A DNA stretch of 64,000 nucleotides from an uncultured Hyphomicrobiaceae bacterium (GTDB lineage: Bacteria; Pseudomonadota; Alphaproteobacteria; Rhizobiales; CAYWUX01). Below the pieces are notes generated by a model that was not told where the DNA came from, searched no databases, and worked only from the letters and a program-made list of their open reading frames with translations. The stretch's first letter is position 1. The number at the start of each line of letters is the position of its first letter. The position numbers and the translations under genes were made by a program. This document shows, one piece after another, positions 10,415-19,402 of the stretch. The DNA lies in NCBI GenBank assembly GCA_964461525.1, contig CAYWUX010000004.1, positions 42,488-106,487 of the forward strand, given 5' to 3'.

Positions 10415-10585
10415 ATGAAGAAGGTACCTCAAAAGCTGGCAAACCCCGTTGCCAGAACCTTGCGAAAAAGGCGTTTTAAGCAAAAGATAGTCTCAGACAA
10501 AAAAATCTATAATCGGAAAAAAATGCCCTCACCACAAAAATTGGTAGAGGGCATTCTTAATGTTCAATCCGAACCATTTTACTGA
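10415..10585 (+). CDS. Candidate 56-aa lysine/arginine-rich small protein, ArfA-like (not in the ORF track)
   Basis: ATG at 10415 lies 9 nt downstream of AAGGA. Translation: MKKVPQKLANPVARTLRKRRFKQKIVSDKKIYNRKKMPSPQKLVEGILNVQSEPFY. The motif N-x-[VI]-x3-L-x4-F-[KR]-Q-[KR]-[IV]-x3-KK...Y-x-RK resembles the E. coli ArfA core as I remember it. A hairpin lies within codons 36-47. Confidence 0.35.
   Translation: MKKVPQKLANPVARTLRKRRFKQKIVSDKKIYNRKKMPSPQKLVEGILNVQSEPFY
10515..10555 (-). terminator. Rho-independent terminator downstream of the DUF4337 gene
   Basis: On the minus strand this reads AATGCCCTCTACCA-loop-TGGTGAGGGCATT followed by a T7 run. It lies about 50 nt after the stop at 10608. 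Confidence 0.7.
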
Positions 10586-10607
10586 TCTGGACTTTACCGA
10601 CAAACTT

Positions 10608-11225
10608 TTATTTTAGACTCACTATCTGGCCGTATGCCGCATTCAAAATCAGAGTTGGATCCGTCGGCACATCAAAATATAACCCATATCCATTTAACGT
10701 GAAGAATATCGCCACCCCGGTCAAAACGCTGCTGACCAAGAGCAGAAACCCGCCACTCATAATAAGCGAAGCTGATGCCAGAACAATTGCAATCTGCAAT
10801 GTTGCGATGGCGACACTGAAATAGTCTGCCTGGCGAATAGCAGTTTTTCTTTTGGCCTGTTCGGATCGTGCTCTCGCCAATATTTCACTTTTTTCATGAT
10901 CGTATCTAAGTGACGTTGTCTCCCACTCTTTAGCAAGTTCCGGTCTCTGCATTGCCTCAAAGGTGTTGCTGGCAATTTTTGCATCGGTGGCCCGAACTGT
11001 TTTGGCCTGGTAAAAAGCAAACTGATTGGCCGATTCAATATGGGCAACCAGCGCCCGCCTATCGGCGTCACCGTCGGCCATGGACACCAGAGCGAGAAAA
11101 GCAGCGAGAACGGCGATGAATATTGGCGTTTTGCTTTTTTTGGCTTCCCGGGAAACGTCCCGCATCAAACCTCGAAGTTCCCCGCCTGAACCACTTCGGT
11201 GGATCATAGACTCAGATGTTGACAT
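10608..11225 (-). CDS. DUF4337 family membrane protein
   Basis: ...IFIAVLAAFLALVSM....ESANQFAFYQAKTVR... plus a C-terminal TM pair. Strong GGAGGGGG RBS. Confidence 0.65.
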   Translation of the reverse strand: MSTSESMIHRSGSGGELRGLMRDVSREAKKSKTPIFIAVLAAFLALVSMADGDADRRALVAHIESANQFAFYQAKTVRATDAKIASNTFEAMQRPELAKEWETTSLRYDHEKSEILARARSEQAKRKTAIRQADYFSVAIATLQIAIVLASASLIMSGGFLLLVSSVLTGVAIFFTLNGYGLYFDVPTDPTLILNAAYGQIVSLK

Positions 11226-11401
11226 AATCCCCCTCCGACATCCTCATCATTTCTGTTGGATAGTGATTCGCATAGTTTACAGAAACCGGTCCGTACTGCA
11301 ATTCAGACATCGATATATATGGACAGGAATTGGATAACTTGGCCGACGGCACCCGCCAGACAGACCCCTGTTCAACGGCCAGGTCGATTGAAAAAGGACG
11401 T

Positions 11402-14065
11402 CTAGAAGCTCAAGGACAGATCTTGATGAACCGAGCTACATGAAGCAACGGCGATGGCCTTGTCACGCGGTAACCGAGCCTGCTGACGCAACCCGATATT
11501 GTTTCGTATAGTCAGTTCGTAAGCCCTTAATCCATCGAGAATTTCTTCACTTGCCTGCTTTCGCCAGGCCAGATCATCGGCCACGAGTTTAAGCCCCTGC
11601 TCCATGTTTTCTTTCACTTGTTCCGGATCACTTCTACGGCCCCGAGTAAATCGCCGGGCCGACGACAATTTGGAACTCAGTGTGCTCGTACCGGGAATCC
11701 TTCGCACAAGCTTTGTAGCATCGTTAATTTTCACTGATATATCATCAAGATTGTTAGAAGAAATCGCCTGAGTAATCTGCTTCAGTTCGGCTTCAACCTC
11801 CTGAAGAGCCGGAAATGCTTCGATCACCTCTATAAGTTCCCGGACGGGTTCATACGCGCTGTCGGCAGCTTGCTGATATTGCCGACGTACAATTTTATGG
11901 GTATTCTGCAAACTCTTGAATTTTTTACTGACCTCACCCCAATCCGATGGGATTGACGCTTCCAGAACTTTTTGCTCTGCCTGAAGAGCGGCCAACTGAG
12001 ATCCAAGAATTTCAATCTGAGATTGATCGGCATCAGGCGTACGTTTGATGCGATTGATCTGATTCCGGCTCTCGTTTATTTCGGATTTCAGGCGGCCAAT
12101 ATCTCTTTGTATGCGGCGCACTTCCTGATGAACAGGCCGATACTCGACAGCGGCGGCATCCATGATTCGTCCCGTCGACTTAACTTTGTCAATAAGTTCA
12201 AAAATTGATTTGGCCTTATCCAGACCATCTCTCAAATCAGATTGAAATTTCTTTGGCAGGAATCCTGTATTCAGCGACCGCACCTCATTAATAGAATTGC
12301 GCAGCGACTGTTCATTTGCCGCATACTGTTGGAAAAGGTCTTGTTCGATACAGGACTGCAGTCTCGGATTGAGTGGAGGGGGTGCGGTATCGGAGAGTAG
12401 TGAAATTCGATTAGGTAAATAATTCACAAGAGGCGGCCAGGACCCGACAATGACAAGAGCAAGAAGTTGAAGCGAGATAAAGGGCACAACCCCCTTATAC
12501 ATATCGACGGTTCTGACGGAGGGAGGAGCAACACCGCGTAAATAGAATAGCGCAAACCCAAAGGGCGGGGTCAGGAAAGATGTCTGGATGTTCAAACCGA
12601 TCATCACGCCTAACCACACGGCTGTAATATTCGCCGAGGGGTCCATCAATAAAATAGGAGCCACGATCGGAACGACAACCACCGCAATCTCGATAAAATC
12701 AAGGAAGAAACCCAGAACGAATATCACCGCCATAACAATAACAAACTGCATCCAGAAACCACCCGGCAGGGAAGTTAGAAAGTTCTTGACAAGCTCTTCG
12801 CCACCAAAACTCCGGAATGCTGCGGTGAGCATCGCTGCACCGAGCAATATTATGAAAACGAGGGACGTCGTTTTGGCTGTTTCCAAGATGACCCCGCGAA
12901 GGGTGTTATCGATCTTAAAAGTTCTCCACCCACTCCACACTGTGGCGATGATCAGACCAATGGATGCTAGAGCGGCAAGACTTACACCCATCGCGTCTTC
13001 GGCGGTTTTTATGTTTCTGATATTTGTTGAGAAAGTGTGCGAAATGAAAAACAGGGCCACAACGCATAAAATAGCCAGGAGGGCCGGGTAGAATGCGTCC
13101 TTCTGTCCTTCCTTGAGGCGGTAACCAGCCATAATCATGGCGCCGACCGCCCCTATTGCGCCGGCCTGATTGACGGTTGCAATTCCCAGGATTATCGAAC
13201 CCAAAACGATAAATATCAGAGTTAATGGCGGGATAAGGATGACAAAAACTCGCATCATAAATCTGCGGTCCAGTTCACCTTCCAAGGCAACCGCGGGGGC
13301 AACCTTGCGCCTGACTATGGCGAGCGCAAGGATAAAAACCATATAAAGACCGACAAGAATCAGGCCGGGGATCAAGGCGCCGAGGAACATGTCGCCAGCG
13401 CTGGTAGAGGTGACACCAAATTCCGACGGCATGGAGAATGAGCCTGTGGTCTCTCTATAAAGGGTTTTCCGAGCTGTGCCGGCCTGGTCAACTGCGCTGG
13501 CCAGCTGATCGGCCAGGATTATAAGAACGATTGATGGCGGAATAATCTGCCCCAGAGTGCCGGAAGCCGCGATGGTACCTGTCGCCAGCGATTTGGAATA
13601 GTTACTCCTCAGCATTGCGGGTAGCGAAATCAAGCCCATGGCTACAACCGTCGCCCCGACAATTCCCGTGGTGGCGGCAAGAAGTCCCCCGACAAATACC
13701 ACCGACACTCCGAGGCCGCCACGAACCGGACCAAACAGCTGGGCCATAGTGACCAGCAAATCCTCAGCAATTTTGGAGCGCTGAAGCATAATGCCCATGA
13801 AAACAAACAGCGGAATCGCGATTAGTGTATCGCGCTCGACCTCCCAATAAATGCCCCGAAAATTCGTGACGCCCGCCGTGAGCCATTGCACCGGGCCGCC
13901 CTGGGCAAAATAGGCGCTGGGATCACCGGCAAATATCCAGCCACTTAAAGCGGCAAGGCCAATACTCAGGATCGCCGAACCGGGAAGAGCAAACGCCACG
14001 GGAAATCCCGACGCTAAAGCGCTAGCCATGAGAAGGATAAGTATGGCAAGAAAAACCAGTTCCAT
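11402..14065 (-). CDS. dctM: TRAP transporter large permease (DctM family, COG4664-like) with a ~336-aa non-membrane C-terminal extension
   Basis: Residues 1-550 are polytopic with DctM motifs (GTLGQIIPPS, LTPPFGFALFYL). Residues 552-887 have no hydrophobic segment and look helical and charged. Confidence 0.85.
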   Translation of the reverse strand: MELVFLAILILLMASALASGFPVAFALPGSAILSIGLAALSGWIFAGDPSAYFAQGGPVQWLTAGVTNFRGIYWEVERDTLIAIPLFVFMGIMLQRSKIAEDLLVTMAQLFGPVRGGLGVSVVFVGGLLAATTGIVGATVVAMGLISLPAMLRSNYSKSLATGTIAASGTLGQIIPPSIVLIILADQLASAVDQAGTARKTLYRETTGSFSMPSEFGVTSTSAGDMFLGALIPGLILVGLYMVFILALAIVRRKVAPAVALEGELDRRFMMRVFVILIPPLTLIFIVLGSIILGIATVNQAGAIGAVGAMIMAGYRLKEGQKDAFYPALLAILCVVALFFISHTFSTNIRNIKTAEDAMGVSLAALASIGLIIATVWSGWRTFKIDNTLRGVILETAKTTSLVFIILLGAAMLTAAFRSFGGEELVKNFLTSLPGGFWMQFVIVMAVIFVLGFFLDFIEIAVVVVPIVAPILLMDPSANITAVWLGVMIGLNIQTSFLTPPFGFALFYLRGVAPPSVRTVDMYKGVVPFISLQLLALVIVGSWPPLVNYLPNRISLLSDTAPPPLNPRLQSCIEQDLFQQYAANEQSLRNSINEVRSLNTGFLPKKFQSDLRDGLDKAKSIFELIDKVKSTGRIMDAAAVEYRPVHQEVRRIQRDIGRLKSEINESRNQINRIKRTPDADQSQIEILGSQLAALQAEQKVLEASIPSDWGEVSKKFKSLQNTHKIVRRQYQQAADSAYEPVRELIEVIEAFPALQEVEAELKQITQAISSNNLDDISVKINDATKLVRRIPGTSTLSSKLSSARRFTRGRRSDPEQVKENMEQGLKLVADDLAWRKQASEEILDGLRAYELTIRNNIGLRQQARLPRDKAIAVASCSSVHQDLSLSF

Positions 14066-14114
14066 ATTTTAGTTTCCGCTCATAAAAACTTTTTGAATTA
14101 GCCCGTTTCAGACG

Positions 14115-15146
14115 TCAATGCTGCAGATCGGACTCCAACTGTTTCTTCCCGGGGTCTTCGCGATAATCCGCATAGCCTTCCAACAGGTAAGCACAGAACT
14201 GGATCAACATAGAAATAGCAAAAATGGCCAGAAATCCCGCCATCAAATATTTAACATACATTCCAAAGCCTGATTGTGTGACTTCAAAGCTCAGAATAGG
14301 AGCGTTTATGATACTTGATTTACCAGCAAAACCTACCGCAAGAATGACCCAGCAGAGCGACAGGCCCAAGATAATTGAACCAATAAAGTTCACCATTCCC
14401 TTGGTGCTATCTCGAAAACCTGAATACAGTACGTCAACACGCACATGCCCCTCTTCAATCAGTGTATATGCGCTGGCAAATAGAAAAAGCCCGGCATACC
14501 AGAACCGGACGATATCCCCCATGAAAGCCTGTTCGTAGGAAAATACAAAGCGCAACAGAACGATCTGAAGTTCGGCGATAACCACCAGAAGTGCGAGCCA
14601 GGTAAAGCCTAGGGTCCGGGTCAGCGCCGCCACGATGAGTGAGATAATTATCAGTGGAATATGAACATAGGTGCCTCGATAATGGGACCTTCCTAGATTG
14701 TTTGCAATCTCTGTCCCGACAACAGAGTCAAGAATTTCCTCGACCCGCAAAAATGAGATAATCATGTCGGCCAGGCCAACAAAAACAACCATCCAGAAAG
14801 AAGCGCGGATGATATAGTTGGTAATACTCTGCATGATTTGGCTGTCTTGACGCAGACTGCAGTTTCTGCGGTAAAACACGATCAGGACCGCACCCAGCAA
14901 ACTGCAGACATAACTCGCAACCTGAAGCCAGCCCAGCCATTGATTCGGGGTACCCGACACCGAACCACCCAGAACAGAGGCAAATCCCGGCCAACCACGC
15001 CAATAAATCAGATAGTTATTCAATAAATACATCACCATGGCCAAAATATTGAACCAGGCGAAAATACGGATCAGAATTACGATTAAGTCATTTGCGGATT
15101 GGCCGTTTGCTATCGAGGCGGGAAACTGCTGGTCGCTGACAGTCAT
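14115..15146 (-). CDS. dctQ: TRAP transporter small permease (DctQ family), enlarged to 343 aa
   Basis: The DctQ signature EEGHVRVDVLY occurs at about residue 232, not within the first ~90 residues. Several additional N-terminal hydrophobic helices are present. Confidence 0.75.
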   Translation of the reverse strand: MTVSDQQFPASIANGQSANDLIVILIRIFAWFNILAMVMYLLNNYLIYWRGWPGFASVLGGSVSGTPNQWLGWLQVASYVCSLLGAVLIVFYRRNCSLRQDSQIMQSITNYIIRASFWMVVFVGLADMIISFLRVEEILDSVVGTEIANNLGRSHYRGTYVHIPLIIISLIVAALTRTLGFTWLALLVVIAELQIVLLRFVFSYEQAFMGDIVRFWYAGLFLFASAYTLIEEGHVRVDVLYSGFRDSTKGMVNFIGSIILGLSLCWVILAVGFAGKSSIINAPILSFEVTQSGFGMYVKYLMAGFLAIFAISMLIQFCAYLLEGYADYREDPGKKQLESDLQH

Positions 15147-15180
15147 TTACGAAAGCCTTCGAATAGAACGAATTTAAAAT

Positions 15181-15206
15181 ATGGACGGGATAGAATCCCC
15201 GTCCAT
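15181..15206 (-). promoter_or_regulatory. Intercistronic stem-loop between dctP and dctQ
   Basis: The 9-bp stem ATGGACGGG / CCCGTCCAT has an 8-nt loop and is followed on the minus strand by ATTTTAAATT. Confidence 0.45.
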
Positions 15207-15226
15207 AAACTTTAGACCGCGCAAGA

Positions 15227-16321
15227 TTAAATACCAAGCACTCTGTTGCGCTGCTCGTAATAGGGACCTTCGGACAGATTCATCCAGCCTCCAACATCCG
15301 TCCTTGTAGCTGCAAAGCTGTCATAAATCCGCTTGGCAAGATCGCTATGCCCCCGAGCGGTCTCAAAAACTTCCTCGGCTGCACTGCCGAAGCCGTCGTA
15401 GACATCATCGTTGAATTTACGCAGTTTTACGCCATGCTCCTTCAGAAGTTTGGTCAGGTAGGTACCGTTATTGGCATTGAATTCAGCCATCATGAGTTCG
15501 TTTTCGCGACCACTGGCAGCCGTGATGATTTCCTTTTCGGTATTGCTTAATGATCCCCACCAGGACGCATTCATGCCCAGGGACAAGGTTGATCCTGGCT
15601 CATGCATTCCCGGATAGTAGTAGAATTTTGCGGCTTCATAGAACTTCATGAAATAGTCGTTCCAGGGGCCGACCCATTCGGTGGCATCAATCGAGCCCGA
15701 AACCAGATTTTCATAAATCTGCCCGCCAGGAAGGGATACTGGTGATGCACCAAGCTTGGCCATGACGTCACCACCGAGACCCGGGATACGCATTTTAAGC
15801 CCTTTAATGTCATCGGGGGAATTAATCTCCTTGTTGAACCAACCTCCCATCTGAACGCCTGTACTGCCTGCAGCCAGACACTTGAGGCCAAATTCTCCCG
15901 CCAGTTCATCCCATAGCTTCTGTCCACCCATGAAATGTATCCAGGCATTCATCTCATTGTAGGTTAAACCGAAGGGAACTGAAGTGAAAAATGCCCACCC
16001 CGGATGTTTACCTTTCCAGTAGTAATCGGCCGCGTGATAGGCCTGCGCGTTGCCGGAAGCGACAGCGTCAAATGAATCAAACGCGCCGACACGTTCACCG
16101 GCAGCAAAATACTGAACTTTGATGTTGCCATCAGTCAAAGTTTCGATATTGGCGGCCAATCGCTGAGCACCCGTGCCAAGTCCCGGAAAATCGCGGGGCC
16201 AGGTGGCAACAACAACCATCTCTTTTCGAGATTGTGTAATTGCCGGGGTTGCAAATGTCGTTGCTGCGGCGGCGGCACCAGTTGCTAAACCTGCTTTTTT
16301 TATGAATGAACGACGGTCCAT
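15227..16321 (-). CDS. dctP: TRAP transporter substrate-binding protein (DctP type, COG4663-like) with a twin-arginine signal
   Basis: MDRRSFIKKAGLATGAAAAA... is a Tat-type signal. The mature region is DctP-like. Confidence 0.85.
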   Translation of the reverse strand: MDRRSFIKKAGLATGAAAAATTFATPAITQSRKEMVVVATWPRDFPGLGTGAQRLAANIETLTDGNIKVQYFAAGERVGAFDSFDAVASGNAQAYHAADYYWKGKHPGWAFFTSVPFGLTYNEMNAWIHFMGGQKLWDELAGEFGLKCLAAGSTGVQMGGWFNKEINSPDDIKGLKMRIPGLGGDVMAKLGASPVSLPGGQIYENLVSGSIDATEWVGPWNDYFMKFYEAAKFYYYPGMHEPGSTLSLGMNASWWGSLSNTEKEIITAASGRENELMMAEFNANNGTYLTKLLKEHGVKLRKFNDDVYDGFGSAAEEVFETARGHSDLAKRIYDSFAATRTDVGGWMNLSEGPYYEQRNRVLGI

Positions 16322-16634
16322 ATACTCTCTCCCATTTGTCTTGAGCTGCTTTCAATTTATTCGGCCAACTATTGTCATACAATTGCTTATTAGTCGAATG
16401 CTTGTTACTATTATAACGTGGTTTTTTGTCTGTAACATTAAAATTCCCTTAGAAATCGCTTGAATTCTCAGGAATGATATCTTGAGCTGTCGCCTGGAAC
16501 CGAATTTGGCGGTCGCATCGCAATTTCTCAAATTCAAGTTACGAAATTGATGGAACAAATTCCGCTGATGGCATAACTTTACGTGTGACATCTGGAATAA
16601 ATTACGATCAGCAATTAAATACAGGCCGTAGAAA

Positions 16635-17822
16635 ATGCCGTTTGAAGCCGCCAGCGATATTCTCGCACCTTATACTGTTCTGGATCTGACCCGCGTTCGC
16701 TCGGGTCCCACTGCCGTCCGCCAACTAGCTGACTGGGGGGCGAACGTCATCAAAATCGAACTACCGGATTCCGGAGAAAAAGGAGAAATGGGAGGCCCCA
16801 GAAGTGGGCCGGATTTCCAGAATCTTCACCGCAACAAACGCAGCCTCACTTTGAATTTGAAAAAGAAAGAAGGAATCCGGATTTTTCAGAAACTAGTCGA
16901 ACAGTCGGATATTGTTGTCGAAAATTTTCGGCCTGATGTAAAAATTCGCCTTGGGATCGACTATGAAAGTCTGGAACGGATCAACAAAGGCATTATTTTG
17001 GCGTCGATTTCTGGTTTTGGTCAGGACGGACCTCTTGCCGGCCGACCTGGTTTTGATCAGATCGCCCAGGGTATGGGAGGATTAATGTCGATCACCGGCG
17101 AACCCGGCCGTGGACCCATGCGGGTGGGTATTCCTATCGCGGATCTCACAGCAGGGCTGTTCTGTGCGCAGGCGATTCTGCTGGCACTGCTGGAACGGGA
17201 ACGGTCGGGCCACGGGCAATGGGTACAGACCTCATTGCTGCAAGCCCAGATTTTCATGCTCGATTTTCAGGCGACACGATGGCTTATGGATCGGGAAGTT
17301 CCTGGCCAAGCGGGGAACAATCATCCGACTAGCATTCCGACGGGTGCGTTTGAAACTGAGGATGGTTTCATAAACATTGCGTGTACCGGAGATGTGATGT
17401 GGAACCGGTTTAAAAGTCTCATGGACGATCCTGAATTTGACCGGCCTGAATACAGCACCGCCAAGGGCAGATCAGAACATCGGAATTCGCTTAATGCACT
17501 CATCAACAATCACACGAAAAAGAACACGACCGAATTCTGGGTCAAACGCATGAATGAAGCTGGTTGTCCATGCGGTGAAATAAATAGCATCGACCAGGTT
17601 TTTAATGATCCGCAGGTTCGCCATCTCGGAATGGCAAGAGATATTGTTTCTCATGAGCGGGGAAAAACCCAGCTTGTAGGACAACCGATAGCAATGAGTC
17701 GCAGCAAAAGTGACATTCTCAAACCTAGCCCGTTGCTGGGACAGGATACAGATGAAATATTGTCTGAACTCGGATATGCAGAAGCCGAAATAAACGAGCT
17801 CAGACAAAACGGGATCGTTTAA
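16635..17822 (+). CDS. Family III CoA-transferase (CaiB/BaiF)
   Basis: LDLTRVRSGPTAVRQLADWGANVIKIE...ENFRPDV...SISGFGQDGP...GFD.IAQGMGG are typical of CoA-transferase family III. Confidence 0.88.
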   Translation: MPFEAASDILAPYTVLDLTRVRSGPTAVRQLADWGANVIKIELPDSGEKGEMGGPRSGPDFQNLHRNKRSLTLNLKKKEGIRIFQKLVEQSDIVVENFRPDVKIRLGIDYESLERINKGIILASISGFGQDGPLAGRPGFDQIAQGMGGLMSITGEPGRGPMRVGIPIADLTAGLFCAQAILLALLERERSGHGQWVQTSLLQAQIFMLDFQATRWLMDREVPGQAGNNHPTSIPTGAFETEDGFINIACTGDVMWNRFKSLMDDPEFDRPEYSTAKGRSEHRNSLNALINNHTKKNTTEFWVKRMNEAGCPCGEINSIDQVFNDPQVRHLGMARDIVSHERGKTQLVGQPIAMSRSKSDILKPSPLLGQDTDEILSELGYAEAEINELRQNGIV

Positions 17823-17872
17823 CTGGTGATCTCCCCCTCTGTGAACGAAAAAGATATTAAGGAACAAGACAA

Positions 17873-18661
17873 TTGAGCGACGATAAAATTATCTCAAAAC
17901 GCGAAGGTGCCGTTGGGCATATCATTTTTAACAACCCGGAAAAACTTAACGCAGTCTCTCTGGAAATGTGGCAGAAAGCTACGGATACCGTATTGGAATT
18001 TGCATTGGACCAGGATATTCGTGTCATGGTTATAAGCGGTGCCGGTAAAAAGGCATTTATTTCCGGTGCTGACATTTCGAAATTCGAATCTGAACGGTCC
18101 ACCCGGGAAGCGGTAGCACTGTACAACAAGACTTCCGAAGCTTTTCGGGCCGCTCTTACCGGGTTTCCAAAACCAGCAATTGCCAAAATTAAAGGCTATT
18201 GCATTGGCGGCGGAGTAAATGTTGCCGCTGGTTGTGATATACGGCTTTGCGACGAACAGGCGAGATTTGGCGTGCCTGCCGCCAAACTCGGCCTCGGCTA
18301 CGGTTACTCCGGGGTCAAGCGGCTGTCAGACCTTGTCGGCCTGCCAAATACTATGGAAATTTTCTTTACAGCAAGGCAGTTCTCCGCTCAGGAAGCCTAT
18401 GACATGGGCCTTGTCAATCGGGTGCTTTCGGCGTCTTTACTGGATGCCATGGTTGATAACTATACGCAGCTAATTTCTGAGAACGCTCCACTCACAATTG
18501 CAGCGATCAAGGCTTCCGCTCAGGAAATCTTCAAGTCTCCCGAAAATCCGGATCGCAAAAGAATTGATGAAATGGTCAACGCGTGTTTCGACAGCGAAGA
18601 CTATGTCGAAGGTCGCCGGGCTTTTATGGAAAAGCGCAAACCTAACTTTCGCGGAAACTGA
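17873..18661 (+). CDS. Enoyl-CoA hydratase/isomerase (crotonase) family protein
   Basis: NNPEKLNA...VISGAGKKAFISGADIS...GYCIGGG are crotonase fold motifs. TTG start. Confidence 0.85.
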   Translation: MSDDKIISKREGAVGHIIFNNPEKLNAVSLEMWQKATDTVLEFALDQDIRVMVISGAGKKAFISGADISKFESERSTREAVALYNKTSEAFRAALTGFPKPAIAKIKGYCIGGGVNVAAGCDIRLCDEQARFGVPAAKLGLGYGYSGVKRLSDLVGLPNTMEIFFTARQFSAQEAYDMGLVNRVLSASLLDAMVDNYTQLISENAPLTIAAIKASAQEIFKSPENPDRKRIDEMVNACFDSEDYVEGRRAFMEKRKPNFRGN

Positions 18662-18704
18662 TAAATCGCAAATGAAATTGATCTGGAGAGCAGGGATCGG
18701 TTAA

Positions 18705-19211
18705 ATGACACGACAATCAGAAAAAAGTTTCCCCGTTTCATGGGAGCAGTTTCATCGTGACGGCAAGGCGCTGGCCTGGCGTTTGTCTCCGGAGAAAAAT
18801 AGATTCAAGGCACTGGTGTGCGTAACCAGAGGCGGCATTGTTCCGGCTGCGATTGTCGCCAGGGAGCTTGAAATCAGAATTATTGACACAGTCTGCGTTG
18901 CTTCCTATCACGAATATCAGGATCAGGGAGATCTTGAGGTTTTAAAAGACGTCTCCGAATCCGTTCGCCAGATTGGAGGCGACGAAGGGCAAGATATCCT
19001 GATAGTCGATGATTTAGTCGATACCGGCAGAACCGCGCGATGTGTCCGCAAAATGCTTCCCAGGGCGCATTTCGCAACAATCTATGCAAAACCGCTGGGT
19101 AGACCGTTAGTGGACACATTTGTCACCGAAGTTTCCCAGGATACATGGATTTACTTCCCCTGGGACCTGGAGCTCCAGTTCGCGCCTCCAATCGTTAAGG
19201 CGCCGGAATGA
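18705..19211 (+). CDS. gpt: Xanthine-guanine phosphoribosyltransferase
   Basis: [11 protein letters not shown]...[24 protein letters not shown] and the PRPP loop [14 protein letters not shown]. Confidence 0.88.
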   Translation: MTRQSEKSFPVSWEQFHRDGKALAWRLSPEKNRFKALVCVTRGGIVPAAIVARELEIRIIDTVCVASYHEYQDQGDLEVLKDVSESVRQIGGDEGQDILIVDDLVDTGRTARCVRKMLPRAHFATIYAKPLGRPLVDTFVTEVSQDTWIYFPWDLELQFAPPIVKAPE

Positions 19212-19402
19212 AATAAAGCTCCGGGGAGTCTGGGCAGCTATACCGATATGGTTTTATTGCTCGTTAACAATCCACTCACAAACGGTCAAAGAACAACTGC
19301 CTTCCCAGTCGTGCCAATTCTTATTCTTCCGAAAATAATTCAGGCGCGAATTTACCAGGGGAAGAAAGCTGGACCTTAGGCTTGTTACAAAATGTGACGG
19401 GC

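Noticed and set aside
12588-13091. Long antisense or out-of-frame ORFs inside well-supported genes. This example is a 167-aa ORF opposite dctM. Others are 35609-36103, 49408-49899, 51280-51936, 51446-52054, 42087-42740, 47389-47850, 57949-58398, 29046-29474 and 29772-30254.
   Set aside because: They lie wholly within genes with strong family motifs on another frame or strand. They have skewed Arg/Ser/Pro-rich or otherwise implausible composition and no RBS context. They are shadow ORFs.
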